A DNA stretch of 64,000 nucleotides from Minisyncoccota bacterium (lineage in GTDB: Bacteria > Patescibacteriota > Minisyncoccia > Phycocordibacterales > JABAAK01): contig OZ244141.1 of NCBI GenBank assembly GCA_965216295.1, forward strand, positions 429,772 through 493,771, given 5' to 3'. Every line of letters starts with the position of its first letter. Position 1 is the stretch's first letter. Below, in pieces: positions 38,406 through 48,569 of this stretch. The translations under genes and the position numbers were made by a program. A model generated the notes under the pieces. The model did no database searches. It had not been told where the DNA came from and saw nothing but the letters and a program-made list of their open reading frames with translations.

Positions 38406-40445
38406 CTACGCCCCCTTACGAGAAGGTGTTATTGTTTCTAACAGAGCAATTTCGTCTCGAATCACTGCCGCTGTTTTGAAATCCAAATTCTGTACTGCTT
38501 TTCGCATTCTTTTCCGCTTTTCAGTCAATACTTTCTTTGGTGCTTTTCTATATCGATCAATATCAATAGTGAGTAACGACTGTGCTGCCTGTTTACGATT
38601 TTTCGTAATCTCGGTAACAATATCTTCTATATTTTTCTTAATAGAAACTGGTGTTATCCCATGTTTCTTGTTGTACTGTATCTGCAATTCCCGACGACGA
38701 TTTGTTTCATCAACGGCTCTCTGGAGTGAGTTGGTAATCTTGTCAGCATAGAGAATAACTCTTCCTTTTACATTTCGTGCAGCCCGCCCTATCGTCTGTA
38801 TGAGCGTTGTCTCTGAACGAAGAAACCCTTCTTTGTCAGCATCGAAAATAGCAACCAAGGTCACCTCTGGCATGTCTAACCCTTCTCGTAACAGATTCAC
38901 GCCAACGAGAACATCAAACGATCCTTTCCGAAATTCAGTTAAGAGTTCAATCCGTTCAATTGTTTTCACGTCACTGTGTAGGTATCTAGCCCGAATACCA
39001 GCACCCTCTAAGTACTCTGAGAGGTTCTCTGCTGATCGCTTCGTCAGTGTTGTAATGAGAACACGACCTTTCTCGTGTATATCCTTTTTTGCCTCTTTGA
39101 TAAAATCTTCTACCTGTCCAGAGGTATTGGTAGTTCCCGTTATTGGACGGACAGAGAGTATCGGATCCAACAATCCTGTTGGTCTGATAACCTGTTCAGT
39201 GATGTGTGAACCGCTTTGTTCTTTTTCGTAGGCAGCTGGTGTTGCAGACATGTATATCGTCTCACCCGTCCGTGCGGTAAACTCATCAAACGTCAATGGC
39301 CTATTATCAATAGCTGATGGGAGACGGAATCCGTGCCCAATCAGTGTCTTTTTTCGAGAGCGATCACCAGCATACATACCAGCTATCTGCGGTACGGTCA
39401 CATGCGACTCATCAATGATGGTCAAAAAATCTGGTGTTCCGTCTGCACGGCGAGGAAAGTATGAAAGTAACGTATGGGGTGGCTCTCCTGATTCTCTGTT
39501 ATCAAAATGTCTTGAATAATTTTCAATACCAGAACAGTAACCAATTTCTCGAATAAGTGCGAGATCTTCTCGTGTCCTTCTATGCAACCGCTCTTTTTCA
39601 AGCACCAAACCTTCCCGATCAAAGTACTTAAGCTGTTCTTCTAATTCTTTTTCAATAGCACTAACGGCGCGGTTCCGTCCTGCATCACTAACCATAAAAT
39701 GCCTTGCTGGAAAGAGGAAGTAGTTATCAACGGTTTCTGCAACCACTTCTCGTGTCAATGCATCTATCTTCACGATTCCAACAATTTTGTCTAATGAAAA
39801 AACAATACGATATATAACCTCTTCACTAGTCGGCATTACTTCTACCGCATCACCGATGACACGAAGTGTCCCTGGTTTCAACTCTCCACCCGTTCTGTGA
39901 AATTGTATTGCAATGGCGTGGCGGACAAAAGCCTCACGAGCAAGGTGCATTCCTCGTTGTAGGTGAATGTGCACTCGTTTGTATTCTTCAGGACTTCCCA
40001 AACCGTATATACACGACACCGAAGCGACAATAATGACATCCTGGCGAGTTAATAGTGCCTGTGTTGTTGCGTGTCGGAGACGTTCAATTTCTGCATTAAT
40101 CTGTGCTTCCTTTTCAATGTATGTATCGGTGGTAGGGACATACGCTTCTGGTTGGTAGTAGTCATAGTATGAAACAAAATAGTGTACCGCATTACTTGGA
40201 AACAGTTCTCGATACTCCTGCGTCAACTGTGCAGCAAGCGTCTTGTTGTGTGCCACAACCAGTGTTGGTTTGCCGTACTGTGCGATAACATTGGCAATGG
40301 TAAATGTCTTTCCAGATCCAGTAATCCCCAAGAGTGTTTGATCTCGAACATCATCACGAAGCCCTTTCAAGATAGTAGCAATTGCCTGGGGTTGGTCTCC
40401 TGCTGGTTTCTTATCGGTTTCTAAGCAAAATCTTGCCATTACCAA
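38406..40445 (-). CDS. uvrB: excinuclease ABC subunit B
   Basis: TLLGITGSGKTFTIANVI helicase motif I, C-terminal UVR domain, 679 aa. Confidence 0.95.
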   Translation of the reverse strand: MVMARFCLETDKKPAGDQPQAIATILKGLRDDVRDQTLLGITGSGKTFTIANVIAQYGKPTLVVAHNKTLAAQLTQEYRELFPSNAVHYFVSYYDYYQPEAYVPTTDTYIEKEAQINAEIERLRHATTQALLTRQDVIIVASVSCIYGLGSPEEYKRVHIHLQRGMHLAREAFVRHAIAIQFHRTGGELKPGTLRVIGDAVEVMPTSEEVIYRIVFSLDKIVGIVKIDALTREVVAETVDNYFLFPARHFMVSDAGRNRAVSAIEKELEEQLKYFDREGLVLEKERLHRRTREDLALIREIGYCSGIENYSRHFDNRESGEPPHTLLSYFPRRADGTPDFLTIIDESHVTVPQIAGMYAGDRSRKKTLIGHGFRLPSAIDNRPLTFDEFTARTGETIYMSATPAAYEKEQSGSHITEQVIRPTGLLDPILSVRPITGTTNTSGQVEDFIKEAKKDIHEKGRVLITTLTKRSAENLSEYLEGAGIRARYLHSDVKTIERIELLTEFRKGSFDVLVGVNLLREGLDMPEVTLVAIFDADKEGFLRSETTLIQTIGRAARNVKGRVILYADKITNSLQRAVDETNRRRELQIQYNKKHGITPVSIKKNIEDIVTEITKNRKQAAQSLLTIDIDRYRKAPKKVLTEKRKRMRKAVQNLDFKTAAVIRDEIALLETITPSRKGA

Positions 40446-40447
40446 AA

Positions 40448-41107
40448 CTATTGATTAAGCTCTCCTATCTGATATGCCTCAATGAGAAACGTAAGAGCTG
40501 TGTTTGGCGGTATACCTGGAACACCTTGTTCTCCGTATGCTGCTTCTGAAGCAATGTGCACTAAACGCTTACCCCCTTCTCGCATGCCAATTAATCCCGC
40601 GCTAAATCCAGGAATAAGGTTGGTACTCCCTGCGACTGCTGAAAGTGCTGTGCCAGTATCAAAAATCTTCACCGTTCCCTCATTGGTATTAATGATGAGA
40701 CCAACATATCCAACGGTCATCTGTGAACCAGTAACAGCTGATGCTCCTGAGCCAGGTACCAAATCAATGTATTGTACCTTTCCTTCCAGTATCGATACTG
40801 GTAACGATTTTTCAACAACCAGTTGTGAAATAAATTGCACAGCATGTTGCACATCATCGCCACCATCAACAAAGGTAGAAACTGAAACGGCATCAATGGA
40901 GTTCTGCCCAGTGCGCCCAGTAGTACCTTTCTGTTTCGGGTTTCGAAGGATATCATCAGATACTTCTTCTACAGTACTCAAAATGGGACTAAAGCCGTAG
41001 AAAAGACCGTTGAGAATACCAGCCTTGAACAAAATGAAAGTGAAAAAGATGATACCAACGGCGACAGCAATTCCTACTTTTATATTATTGGTTGCCTGCA
41101 TAAACAC
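40448..41107 (-). CDS. FKBP-type peptidyl-prolyl cis-trans isomerase, membrane-anchored
   Basis: N-terminal TM. C-terminal GLIGMREGGKRLVHIASEAAYGEQGVPGIPPNTALTFLIEAY is FKBP-like. Confidence 0.8.
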   Translation of the reverse strand: MFMQATNNIKVGIAVAVGIIFFTFILFKAGILNGLFYGFSPILSTVEEVSDDILRNPKQKGTTGRTGQNSIDAVSVSTFVDGGDDVQHAVQFISQLVVEKSLPVSILEGKVQYIDLVPGSGASAVTGSQMTVGYVGLIINTNEGTVKIFDTGTALSAVAGSTNLIPGFSAGLIGMREGGKRLVHIASEAAYGEQGVPGIPPNTALTFLIEAYQIGELNQ

Positions 41108-41158
41108 TTACTTCTTACTCTATTAACGAACGCAGTATATCACATCAACACAAATGGT

Positions 41159-42742
41159 TCACTGATCTGTCGCATCGCCTGGAAGAGGGCTTAACAGTGG
41201 AAAGAGTACTGTTTCTTTGAGATTTCTCACACCAGTCATAAGAGCAACGAGTCGATCAATACCAATACCGCACCCAGTCATCGGGGGCATACCATGTTCC
41301 ATGGCAATAAGAAACTCACTGTCCGCCTGCATTGCTTCACGATCACCTGCCTTTCGCGCCTCCATCTGCTCTGCAAATGCTTCTCTTTGTTGTATGGGAT
41401 CAACAAGCTCTGAATACCCTTTCACCAACTCCCACGAACCAATGACCAATTGGTATGAATCTGTCATCGCTGGATTGCTATCACTACGACGAGCAAGTGG
41501 TAACACTTCTTTAGGAAAATTAACAATGATAATTGGTTTGAGGAGTTTGGGACGAATAATCTTTTTATACACATCATCTAAGAGACCTCCTCGTGATCGT
41601 TTTTCAAGATCTGTTCGTTCAACACCAACATCTCGTGCAATGGTGAGCAGTTCTTTTGACGAAGCGTTACTATCAATATCATACTGACGAAGCAAATCAC
41701 TGAAACTAATCTCAGGAATTACTTCACCAACCTCTACCGATACAGATTTTCCATCCTCATCAAAAACAGTACATGATGTTGTACCAAGAGTGTCTTGCAT
41801 TGCTTGCCTGATCATTGCAGTCATCCATTGCATGCCAGTCTTGTAGTCTTCATACGGACAGTACCACTCAAGCATTTGAAATTCCTGCAGATGACTTGCA
41901 TCAATACCCTCATTACGAAAATCCATAGAAAATTCAAACACACGACCGAGACCCCCTGCAACAGCGAGTTTGAGATCAATTTCGTTAGAAATACGTAAAT
42001 GAAAATCTTGATTCAACGCGTTATGGTGAGTCACAAAAGTCTCCGCAGCAGCACCTCCAGCGGTTGGTTGTAGAGTTCGTGTCACCACTTCTGTAAAATC
42101 ATTATTGAGAAGCCACTTCCTCAGTGACTCCACCGTCTGAGAACGGATAGCAAACCGTTCTCGTACTGCATCATTGAGTACCAGGTCAAGGTACCTCTTT
42201 CTAAAACGAATCTCTGGATCGGTAATGCCAAAATGTTTTCCGGGAAGTGGTCGTACCGCCTTACTCAACAAGCTATACCGTGCAACGAGAACTGCAAGTG
42301 TGTCTCTTTTGGTAATAAAGGGTTCACCGCAAATACCAATAAAATCACCAGGATCAATAAATGCCCTCACAAATTCAAGTTCCTGTTCACCAATCGCACT
42401 TTCCGTGCACGCCACCTGCACAACACCAGTTTTGTCTTGAATGTCAATAAAAATAATGCCACCGTGGTCTCGTGTCGAGAGCACACGACCTGCAAGCGAG
42501 ACTGCCTCGTTCGGTCCTTGTGCAACCTCATCGGCAGAACGAAATGCTTTCCTGTCCAATTGCGTAACTGCGTCAGCGCTGTGTGAAATGACAAATCTAT
42601 CCTTGTACGGCAGTATTGATAACTCACGCAGTCGTTCTAATTTCTGCAAACGAACGTTTCGCTCATTAGCGATAGCGTCTTTGTCATCAGCAGGGATTTT
42701 TGGAGATTCTGACTTTCGTACCATATATGATGAGTGTATCAC
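41159..42742 (-). CDS. lysS: lysyl-tRNA synthetase (class II)
   Basis: OB anticodon-binding domain, motif 2 FRNEG...EFQMLEWY and motif 3 GCGIGIDRLVALMTG. Confidence 0.9.
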   Translation of the reverse strand: MIHSSYMVRKSESPKIPADDKDAIANERNVRLQKLERLRELSILPYKDRFVISHSADAVTQLDRKAFRSADEVAQGPNEAVSLAGRVLSTRDHGGIIFIDIQDKTGVVQVACTESAIGEQELEFVRAFIDPGDFIGICGEPFITKRDTLAVLVARYSLLSKAVRPLPGKHFGITDPEIRFRKRYLDLVLNDAVRERFAIRSQTVESLRKWLLNNDFTEVVTRTLQPTAGGAAAETFVTHHNALNQDFHLRISNEIDLKLAVAGGLGRVFEFSMDFRNEGIDASHLQEFQMLEWYCPYEDYKTGMQWMTAMIRQAMQDTLGTTSCTVFDEDGKSVSVEVGEVIPEISFSDLLRQYDIDSNASSKELLTIARDVGVERTDLEKRSRGGLLDDVYKKIIRPKLLKPIIIVNFPKEVLPLARRSDSNPAMTDSYQLVIGSWELVKGYSELVDPIQQREAFAEQMEARKAGDREAMQADSEFLIAMEHGMPPMTGCGIGIDRLVALMTGVRNLKETVLFPLLSPLPGDATDQ

Positions 42743-42751
42743 ACAACCCCA

Positions 42752-43345
42752 TTACACTTTCTCAACGGTATCGTCGTGTATATATAATGCCTTTCCATTT
42801 GCAAGTGTTTGTGTTGGTTCAAGGTGTCGTTTTGCAAATGCCCGTACTGCCTGCCTATCACTCTTTTGAAAATGAGGAATGATATGAAAATCAATCATAC
42901 CAACCCCTGTCAGGTCTTCTAATCCAAAAGTATTTTTGTCTGGATGTATCTCAGCTGCTGATGCAATAGTTGGTGAAAGAATGACGGAACCAGCACTACT
43001 GCCGACGTAAAATCCTCCACGATCAAAAAGTTTTTCTATCTGGTTGGCAAATGAATGTTCTCGAACCGCCTGTAACAGAGAAAATGTGTTACCTCCACAG
43101 ACATACATAACATCAATATCCTCTGGAAATGATGCACCTGATGCAATATCAAAAAAACAAGTAGCCAGCTGTATTGATTCCATTTGCCGTCTCGTCTCTT
43201 GTGCCCACACTGCTTTCTCTTTTTTAGGATGTGCTGTTGTGATAATAACTGCAGTTGTGTACTCACATCGCTGTACCGTATCACAAAAAACCTGCCATAC
43301 AGAACGACTACTAAAACCACTTGATGTGAGAAGTGCGTGTACCAT
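42752..43345 (-). CDS. pepE: peptidase S51 family (dipeptidase E / cyanophycinase-like)
   Basis: LLTSSGF, GGNTFSLL and the GSSAGS nucleophile region. Confidence 0.75.
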   Translation of the reverse strand: MVHALLTSSGFSSRSVWQVFCDTVQRCEYTTAVIITTAHPKKEKAVWAQETRRQMESIQLATCFFDIASGASFPEDIDVMYVCGGNTFSLLQAVREHSFANQIEKLFDRGGFYVGSSAGSVILSPTIASAAEIHPDKNTFGLEDLTGVGMIDFHIIPHFQKSDRQAVRAFAKRHLEPTQTLANGKALYIHDDTVEKV

Positions 43346-43351
43346 TACTCT

Positions 43352-43951
43352 CTATAGTGCACCAACGAGGTCGTCACTTGGTTTGAGAGTCTTTTTCCCT
43401 GCCTCCCAACTTGCTGGACAGACTTGCCCTGGATTTGCACTCACATACCGTGCAGCACGCAACTTACGAAGTAATTCCTTAGCTGAACGACCAATAGAGT
43501 TATCATTTATCTCAAAACTACGAATGATGCCATCAGGATCTATGATAAATGTTGCGCGATAGGAGACACCATCATGATCACAGTAAGTACCGAAAACATT
43601 TGAAAGCAAATGCCTGTTATCAGCCGCCATTGGAAACTGAACCTGTTTAATGGTATCAGAAGTCTGATGCCACATTTTATGAGCAAAAGGCGTATCAATA
43701 CTTACTGAAACAATTTCAGTGTCCTCCTTTTTGAATTCATCATAGCAACTGGCAAGTTCACCAAGCTCTGTTGGACAAACAAAAGTAAAATCAGCTGGAT
43801 AAAAAAAGAGAATAAGCCATTTACCACGGAACTGTTTCAGTGTCGTCTCAGTAATTGCATCATTGTGATATACCTCAAATGCTATATCTGGAACAGTATC
43901 ACCGATTGTCAGTGGATACCCCTCAAATTCTAGTATATCTTCTTCATGCAT
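43352..43951 (-). CDS. peroxiredoxin (AhpC/TSA family)
   Basis: FFYPADFTFVCPTELGE peroxidatic-Cys motif. Confidence 0.9.
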   Translation of the reverse strand: MHEEDILEFEGYPLTIGDTVPDIAFEVYHNDAITETTLKQFRGKWLILFFYPADFTFVCPTELGELASCYDEFKKEDTEIVSVSIDTPFAHKMWHQTSDTIKQVQFPMAADNRHLLSNVFGTYCDHDGVSYRATFIIDPDGIIRSFEINDNSIGRSAKELLRKLRAARYVSANPGQVCPASWEAGKKTLKPSDDLVGAL

Positions 43952-44001
43952 ATAAAACCATTTATGACATTTCGTGTGAGCGAAAGTATACCATATATTT
44001 A

Positions 44002-44595
44002 TTAATTAAAAAAGATACCGCGTTGCCGAGCTATAGCGGTGAGTGCATGGAAAATTTTTAAGTGTAGTTCAGCATCATACAGTGCAGAATGGCGCTTCTT
44101 GTTGTTGTACTGAATACCGAGTTTTTCAAGCATTGTTGTCATACCCACATCGCCAAGGACAAAAAGAGAGAGAGAACTGAGGTCTAACATACGGCGAGAT
44201 AAAGGAAGGGGTTCTTTGGCCTGGTACCTACTCCACAATGAATCAAGCATTAGGTAGTCAAAGTGTGCGTTAGCAGCAATAATATGAAGATCCTGGGTGA
44301 GCACCTGCATACCGTAGTGTTTTACCAACTCCTCCTTGAATTCCTGCAAGAATACTTCTGGATCGACACCATGATTACGTGCTGTCTCTTTAGAAATCTG
44401 ATGTATCGACTCTGCCTGCTTGTTCCAAGAAAACTTTTTTGATTTAAAGTTAACATTCCACTCTTTTTTCTTAACAGGTTGCGTGTACTCGTCGAGTAAA
44501 ATAATACCACACTGAATCACCTGTGATGAGCAAAAGTCAACGCCGGTTGTTTCGGTATCTAGTGCTACAAATCGCTGAACATGGTTCTGTGTCAT
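44002..44595 (-). CDS. DEDDh 3'-5' exonuclease (DnaQ / RNase T-like)
   Basis: FVALDTETTG Exo I, Exo II region, and HSALYDAELH Exo III with the His/Asp residues. Confidence 0.7.
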   Translation of the reverse strand: MTQNHVQRFVALDTETTGVDFCSSQVIQCGIILLDEYTQPVKKKEWNVNFKSKKFSWNKQAESIHQISKETARNHGVDPEVFLQEFKEELVKHYGMQVLTQDLHIIAANAHFDYLMLDSLWSRYQAKEPLPLSRRMLDLSSLSLFVLGDVGMTTMLEKLGIQYNNKKRHSALYDAELHLKIFHALTAIARQRGIFFN

Positions 44596-45857
44596 GATAC
44601 GTTATGTAATGCAAGAGTTTTCACCGCCTCTTCAACAGGAACTATTTTTGACTCAGCGGTGAGGCGGTCGGTGTACTCCACACCACCAGAACGTTTAGCT
44701 TTATCAGAAACAATGAGGCGATATGGAATACCAATAAGGTCCGCGTCAGCAAACTTCTCTCCCGCACTCACCTCACGACGATCATCAAAAAGAACACTGA
44801 TACCTTTTTTCTGCAGTTCCTGATACACCAACACTGCTTCTTCATCAATCACTTCATCGTTGCCAAGACAGATGAGATGGACGGTATACGGAGCAATCGC
44901 AGAAGGAAGTACCATACCGTTGTCACTACCAAACTTCTCAACGATAACACCAAGGAGGCGCGCTGGACCAATACCGTATGATCCCATAAAGACTGGCTTC
45001 TCATTCCCCGACTCATCCTTATACATCAACCCAAGTGCTTCAGAAAAGCGAGTGCCTAGTGTAAAAATATTCCCAACCTCTATTGCTGAACACTCTTCAA
45101 ACGAAGAACCCTGCATCTTCAGCGTTGCAATTGTTTCATCGTTGTATACCTCTTTATTAATAGCAATATTTTTTTCACGACAGAGAAATATAGTATCTTC
45201 ACCAATCGAAGAGACAACTTGAAATTCATCACTAAACTTGGCAAATGCACCACCACTAGCAAACGTCCGATAGGTTTCATCGCCAATGCCAACCCGTCTG
45301 TATATCGATAGGTATGCTTCAGCACACTGCTCGTAAAATCGTGCATGCTCCTCTGTATCCTTTGTAAAAGAGTAGAGATCTTTCATGATAAATTCACGAG
45401 TTCTGAGAATGCCACTCTTTGCACGTTTCTCATTCCTAAATTTTGTTTGAAATTGGTAGAGATAAGCGGGTAAATCACGATGTGACTGTATATGTTGTCG
45501 CATCATGTACGTTATTGGCTCTTCGTGTGTCCAACCAAAACCGACGTCACCTCCATCACCAATATGTGACTTGAACCATACCTCCTCTGCATCGCCACTC
45601 CACCTGTCAGTCTTTTTCCATACCTCTGGATTTTGTAATGCAGTAAGAAATACCTCTTGCCCACCGATTGCATTCATCTCTTCACGAATAACAGTAATAA
45701 TATTTTGTAGAGTACGAAATCCTAACGGAAGAAATTCATACACACCTGCCATTGTCTTGTTAATGTAACCAGCGCGAATGAGTAGCTGTGCACTTTTTGC
45801 AACCTCATCGTGTGGCACTTCCCGTCTTGTTTTGATAACAGAAATTGACTGACGCAT
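44592..45857 (-). CDS. proS: prolyl-tRNA synthetase, compact form without INS editing domain
   Basis: Class II core FRNEKRAKSGILRTREFIMKDLYSF (motif 2). The C-terminal anticodon-binding domain is present. 421 aa. Confidence 0.85.
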   Translation of the reverse strand: MRQSISVIKTRREVPHDEVAKSAQLLIRAGYINKTMAGVYEFLPLGFRTLQNIITVIREEMNAIGGQEVFLTALQNPEVWKKTDRWSGDAEEVWFKSHIGDGGDVGFGWTHEEPITYMMRQHIQSHRDLPAYLYQFQTKFRNEKRAKSGILRTREFIMKDLYSFTKDTEEHARFYEQCAEAYLSIYRRVGIGDETYRTFASGGAFAKFSDEFQVVSSIGEDTIFLCREKNIAINKEVYNDETIATLKMQGSSFEECSAIEVGNIFTLGTRFSEALGLMYKDESGNEKPVFMGSYGIGPARLLGVIVEKFGSDNGMVLPSAIAPYTVHLICLGNDEVIDEEAVLVYQELQKKGISVLFDDRREVSAGEKFADADLIGIPYRLIVSDKAKRSGGVEYTDRLTAESKIVPVEEAVKTLALHNVS

Positions 45858-45874
45858 TGGTAATAGTGTACCAC

Positions 45875-47098
45875 TTATGCCTTTGTTTTTTTCAATACAA
45901 TAATCCTTCTTCCAATACGAAGCACCTGTCTCTTTTTTGGTTGTATGACAAAATTGATACGTATAATTTTCTGTCCATCCACCGATATCGCACCATCTTT
46001 AATTTTCCGCCGTGCCTCAGAACCTGAAGAAACGGCACCGTGTTTAATAACTAAATCAAGAACACCAGTTGGTTTGTTCACAACTACCTCATCTGTGCTC
46101 TCAGGAACACCTCCTTTTTGAAATTGTGTGATAAATGCTTCACGGGCAGCAGTGACTGCACCTACGGGGTGAAAAAGACGTACAACCTCTTCGGCAAGGC
46201 GTAGTTTAATATCCCGTACTACAGCACCCCCTTGTGGGAGTACCTTTTCAATTGCCAAAACCTCTGGCATAGGTATACGAGTACAACCACGAATCAGAGG
46301 CATTATAAATGTATCTGGTAGTGCCATGATGCTACCGAACATACGATTCTCACCACCAGCATCAAGGTCTACAAAAACACCTGTCCCCGCACTCTTTGAC
46401 ATCAGTGCACCACCCCCCTCAATAAGTTTCATCGTGACGATAAATTTTTCTCTACCAAGGTATCGCTTCACAAAATCACGACCAACGAGTGCATTGAATG
46501 TCTGATCAGTACCACAAAGTTCTGCATCAGTACGCAGGGCAACAGAATCATACCCTTGGAGCGCTGGATAGAGAAATTCGTGTACATAGAGCGGTTTACC
46601 TTGTCGCAATCGCTCCTGAAACATTTTGCGCTCTAGAAGACCTTGTACGGTCACACCACGAAGCAAAGTAAACATGTCTTCGGCAGAGAAAAGAGTAAAC
46701 CAACGACTATTCCGTACCATCCGTGCACCAGAAAATCTACCAACCTTGAGGAGAGAGACAATTTGTTTGCGTAAACTGACGCTATTTCGTCGCACCTCAT
46801 CGCGTGATAGTTGTTTTCGTGCACTTGCACGGTCACTTGGATCACCAATGCATCCAGTAAAGTCACCTATTAGTAACGTTACTTTCATACCAAGCTTCCG
46901 TAACTCTTCAAGAAAGAGAAGATGTTGCACATGACCAAGGTGGAGATTGGGTGCAGTTGGATCAATACCAAAGTAAATATGAAACGGTTCCTTTTCGCCA
47001 AGACGTTTTACCAAATCAGCCTTGGTTGGATAGATGGTATCAATAGTCCCGCGCGCAAGAAGTGCTGTAAGCTCTTTTTCTTTTATACTTCGCTGCAT
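45875..47098 (-). CDS. tyrS: tyrosyl-tRNA synthetase
   Basis: HIGH motif as NLHLGH and KMSKS as LMSKSAGT. C-terminal S4 domain. Start set at the internal Met (MQRSIKEKE) to avoid overlap with the upstream ORF; the track ORF extends to 47227. Confidence 0.85.
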   Translation of the reverse strand: MQRSIKEKELTALLARGTIDTIYPTKADLVKRLGEKEPFHIYFGIDPTAPNLHLGHVQHLLFLEELRKLGMKVTLLIGDFTGCIGDPSDRASARKQLSRDEVRRNSVSLRKQIVSLLKVGRFSGARMVRNSRWFTLFSAEDMFTLLRGVTVQGLLERKMFQERLRQGKPLYVHEFLYPALQGYDSVALRTDAELCGTDQTFNALVGRDFVKRYLGREKFIVTMKLIEGGGALMSKSAGTGVFVDLDAGGENRMFGSIMALPDTFIMPLIRGCTRIPMPEVLAIEKVLPQGGAVVRDIKLRLAEEVVRLFHPVGAVTAAREAFITQFQKGGVPESTDEVVVNKPTGVLDLVIKHGAVSSGSEARRKIKDGAISVDGQKIIRINFVIQPKKRQVLRIGRRIIVLKKTKA

Positions 47099-47114
47099 AC
47101 CACCATTGTAGACC

Positions 47115-47777
47115 CTATCCTCTCCATGGTACGACAGCACCGCAACCACTTCCATCTCCCCCTGCACAACTCGCTGCGTCTGATGGCATTCCTCGTTCAG
47201 GGCATATTTCTGACTGTATGCACGCACGATCAGTCACCTGTGCTAACTCCTTCTCCACATCATCTTGTGAATATACCCCGTAGAGTATGAGGATTCTATC
47301 TAAATCGTTTGGTACATATGTTTCACCATCATATATCTCTTTATCATTGACGAATATACGAAGTGCCTTGTTTCCCTGTTCACAGAAGACACTTTTATCG
47401 TATGAAATGCAACGATCAGTTAATTGCAATCCGATGGCAGAGAAAAAGTAGGCAAGATCTTTGCGTGACGCATGCCAGTGAATAACATCACCATCAAAAT
47501 CATGGAAATGAATGCTCGGATGACGATAGGCATTTTTCAGTGATTGATATCGTATTTTTGAAAAATCAGCGACCACACCATCAATCACGACACGTAAGTC
47601 TGAGTGTATGTGAAACTCGTCATTGGAATTGGAGTCATGCTTATTGGTGGAGTACCACAAAAAAACACCAACAATAAGTGCGACGAACAGCATGCTTGGA
47701 ATGACGATGCGCGACATATGTTTTAACGTAGTATAAAGTAAACGACAACCAAAACAACAATGGTAATAATCGTCCAC
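47115..47777 (-). CDS. hypothetical TM-anchored protein with Cys-rich C-terminus
   Basis: 220 aa with one TM helix and a C-terminal CIQSEICPERG...CAGGDGSGCG stretch. Confidence 0.4.
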   Translation of the reverse strand: MDDYYHCCFGCRLLYTTLKHMSRIVIPSMLFVALIVGVFLWYSTNKHDSNSNDEFHIHSDLRVVIDGVVADFSKIRYQSLKNAYRHPSIHFHDFDGDVIHWHASRKDLAYFFSAIGLQLTDRCISYDKSVFCEQGNKALRIFVNDKEIYDGETYVPNDLDRILILYGVYSQDDVEKELAQVTDRACIQSEICPERGMPSDAASCAGGDGSGCGAVVPWRG

Positions 47778-47814
47778 TGCAATGCTTTCAATTTATACTT
47801 CATATACCAATACA

Positions 47815-48012
47815 CTACCACACCTCAATCTTTTTTACTATTCTATCAGTAGACTGTTCAACCATTCTTTGCATCAGTTGTGCTGTCAACGCACGCCCTC
47901 GTAAAAGGCGAACGGTACGATCTTCTCCACGGAGAAATCCGAGGAATATCCCAAACCGTTGCATGACTGATAACTGATATCCTCTACGATAGTGGTGAGA
48001 AAAACCCATCAC
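47815..48012 (-). CDS. small hypothetical protein (65 aa)
   Basis: ORF only. No assignable motif. Confidence 0.25.
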   Translation of the reverse strand: MMGFSHHYRRGYQLSVMQRFGIFLGFLRGEDRTVRLLRGRALTAQLMQRMVEQSTDRIVKKIEVW

Positions 48013-48103
48013 TACCAGTGTATAACACTGAATTATTAAGAATAGTAGATATACACACTATTTATGGTATATAGTACCTACAGTTACAGAAACGTTATAC
48101 CGT

Positions 48104-48469
48104 ATGAACTACTGGCCACACGCACTACTTCGCATAGCACTCTCTTTCATACTCATCTACCCTGCAGTTTCCGCATTGTATAGTCCAGGTGACTGGATTA
48201 TCTACATACCAGATGTTATTTTGAACTCATTTACTAGTAACATTGAAGTGCTCTACATCACAAGCTCTATCAACATACTGATCGGTGCTTGGATACTCTC
48301 TAACAAAGCAATCAGAATTCCTACTATAATTGCCTTGGTGATATCTATCGCAACCGTCATTCTCAACCCAACCTTGTTTGATAGACTTCTTGGAGAAATA
48401 ACCGCCATCTTCATCGCACTGACACTGCTGATTGATTCACCGCCAGAAGAAAAATCGGCGCATGTCTAG
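48104..48469 (+). CDS. hypothetical small membrane protein
   Basis: 121 aa, three to four hydrophobic helices. Confidence 0.4.
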   Translation: MNYWPHALLRIALSFILIYPAVSALYSPGDWIIYIPDVILNSFTSNIEVLYITSSINILIGAWILSNKAIRIPTIIALVISIATVILNPTLFDRLLGEITAIFIALTLLIDSPPEEKSAHV

Positions 48470-48479
48470 CAATATCCTA

Positions 48480-48553
48480 TGCCGGGTCGTCTAATGGTAG
48501 GACGCTTGGTTCTGGCCCAAGTAATCTAGGTTCGAATCCTAGCCCGGCAGCCA
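48480..48553 (+). tRNA. tRNA-Gln (anticodon CTG), CCA encoded
   Basis: Acceptor UGCCGGG/CCCGGCA. Anticodon stem CTTGG/CCAAG with loop UUCUGGC. T-arm CTAGG-TTCGAAT-CCTAG. Discriminator G followed by an encoded CCA. Confidence 0.8.
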
Positions 48554-48569
48554 TTTAATAATATCCAAT

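Noticed and set aside
45875-47227. N-terminal 43-aa extension of tyrS in the track ORF
   Set aside because: It would overlap the upstream ORF's stop region, and it lacks similarity to TyrRS N-termini. An internal Met shortly before the HIGH motif is the more likely start.
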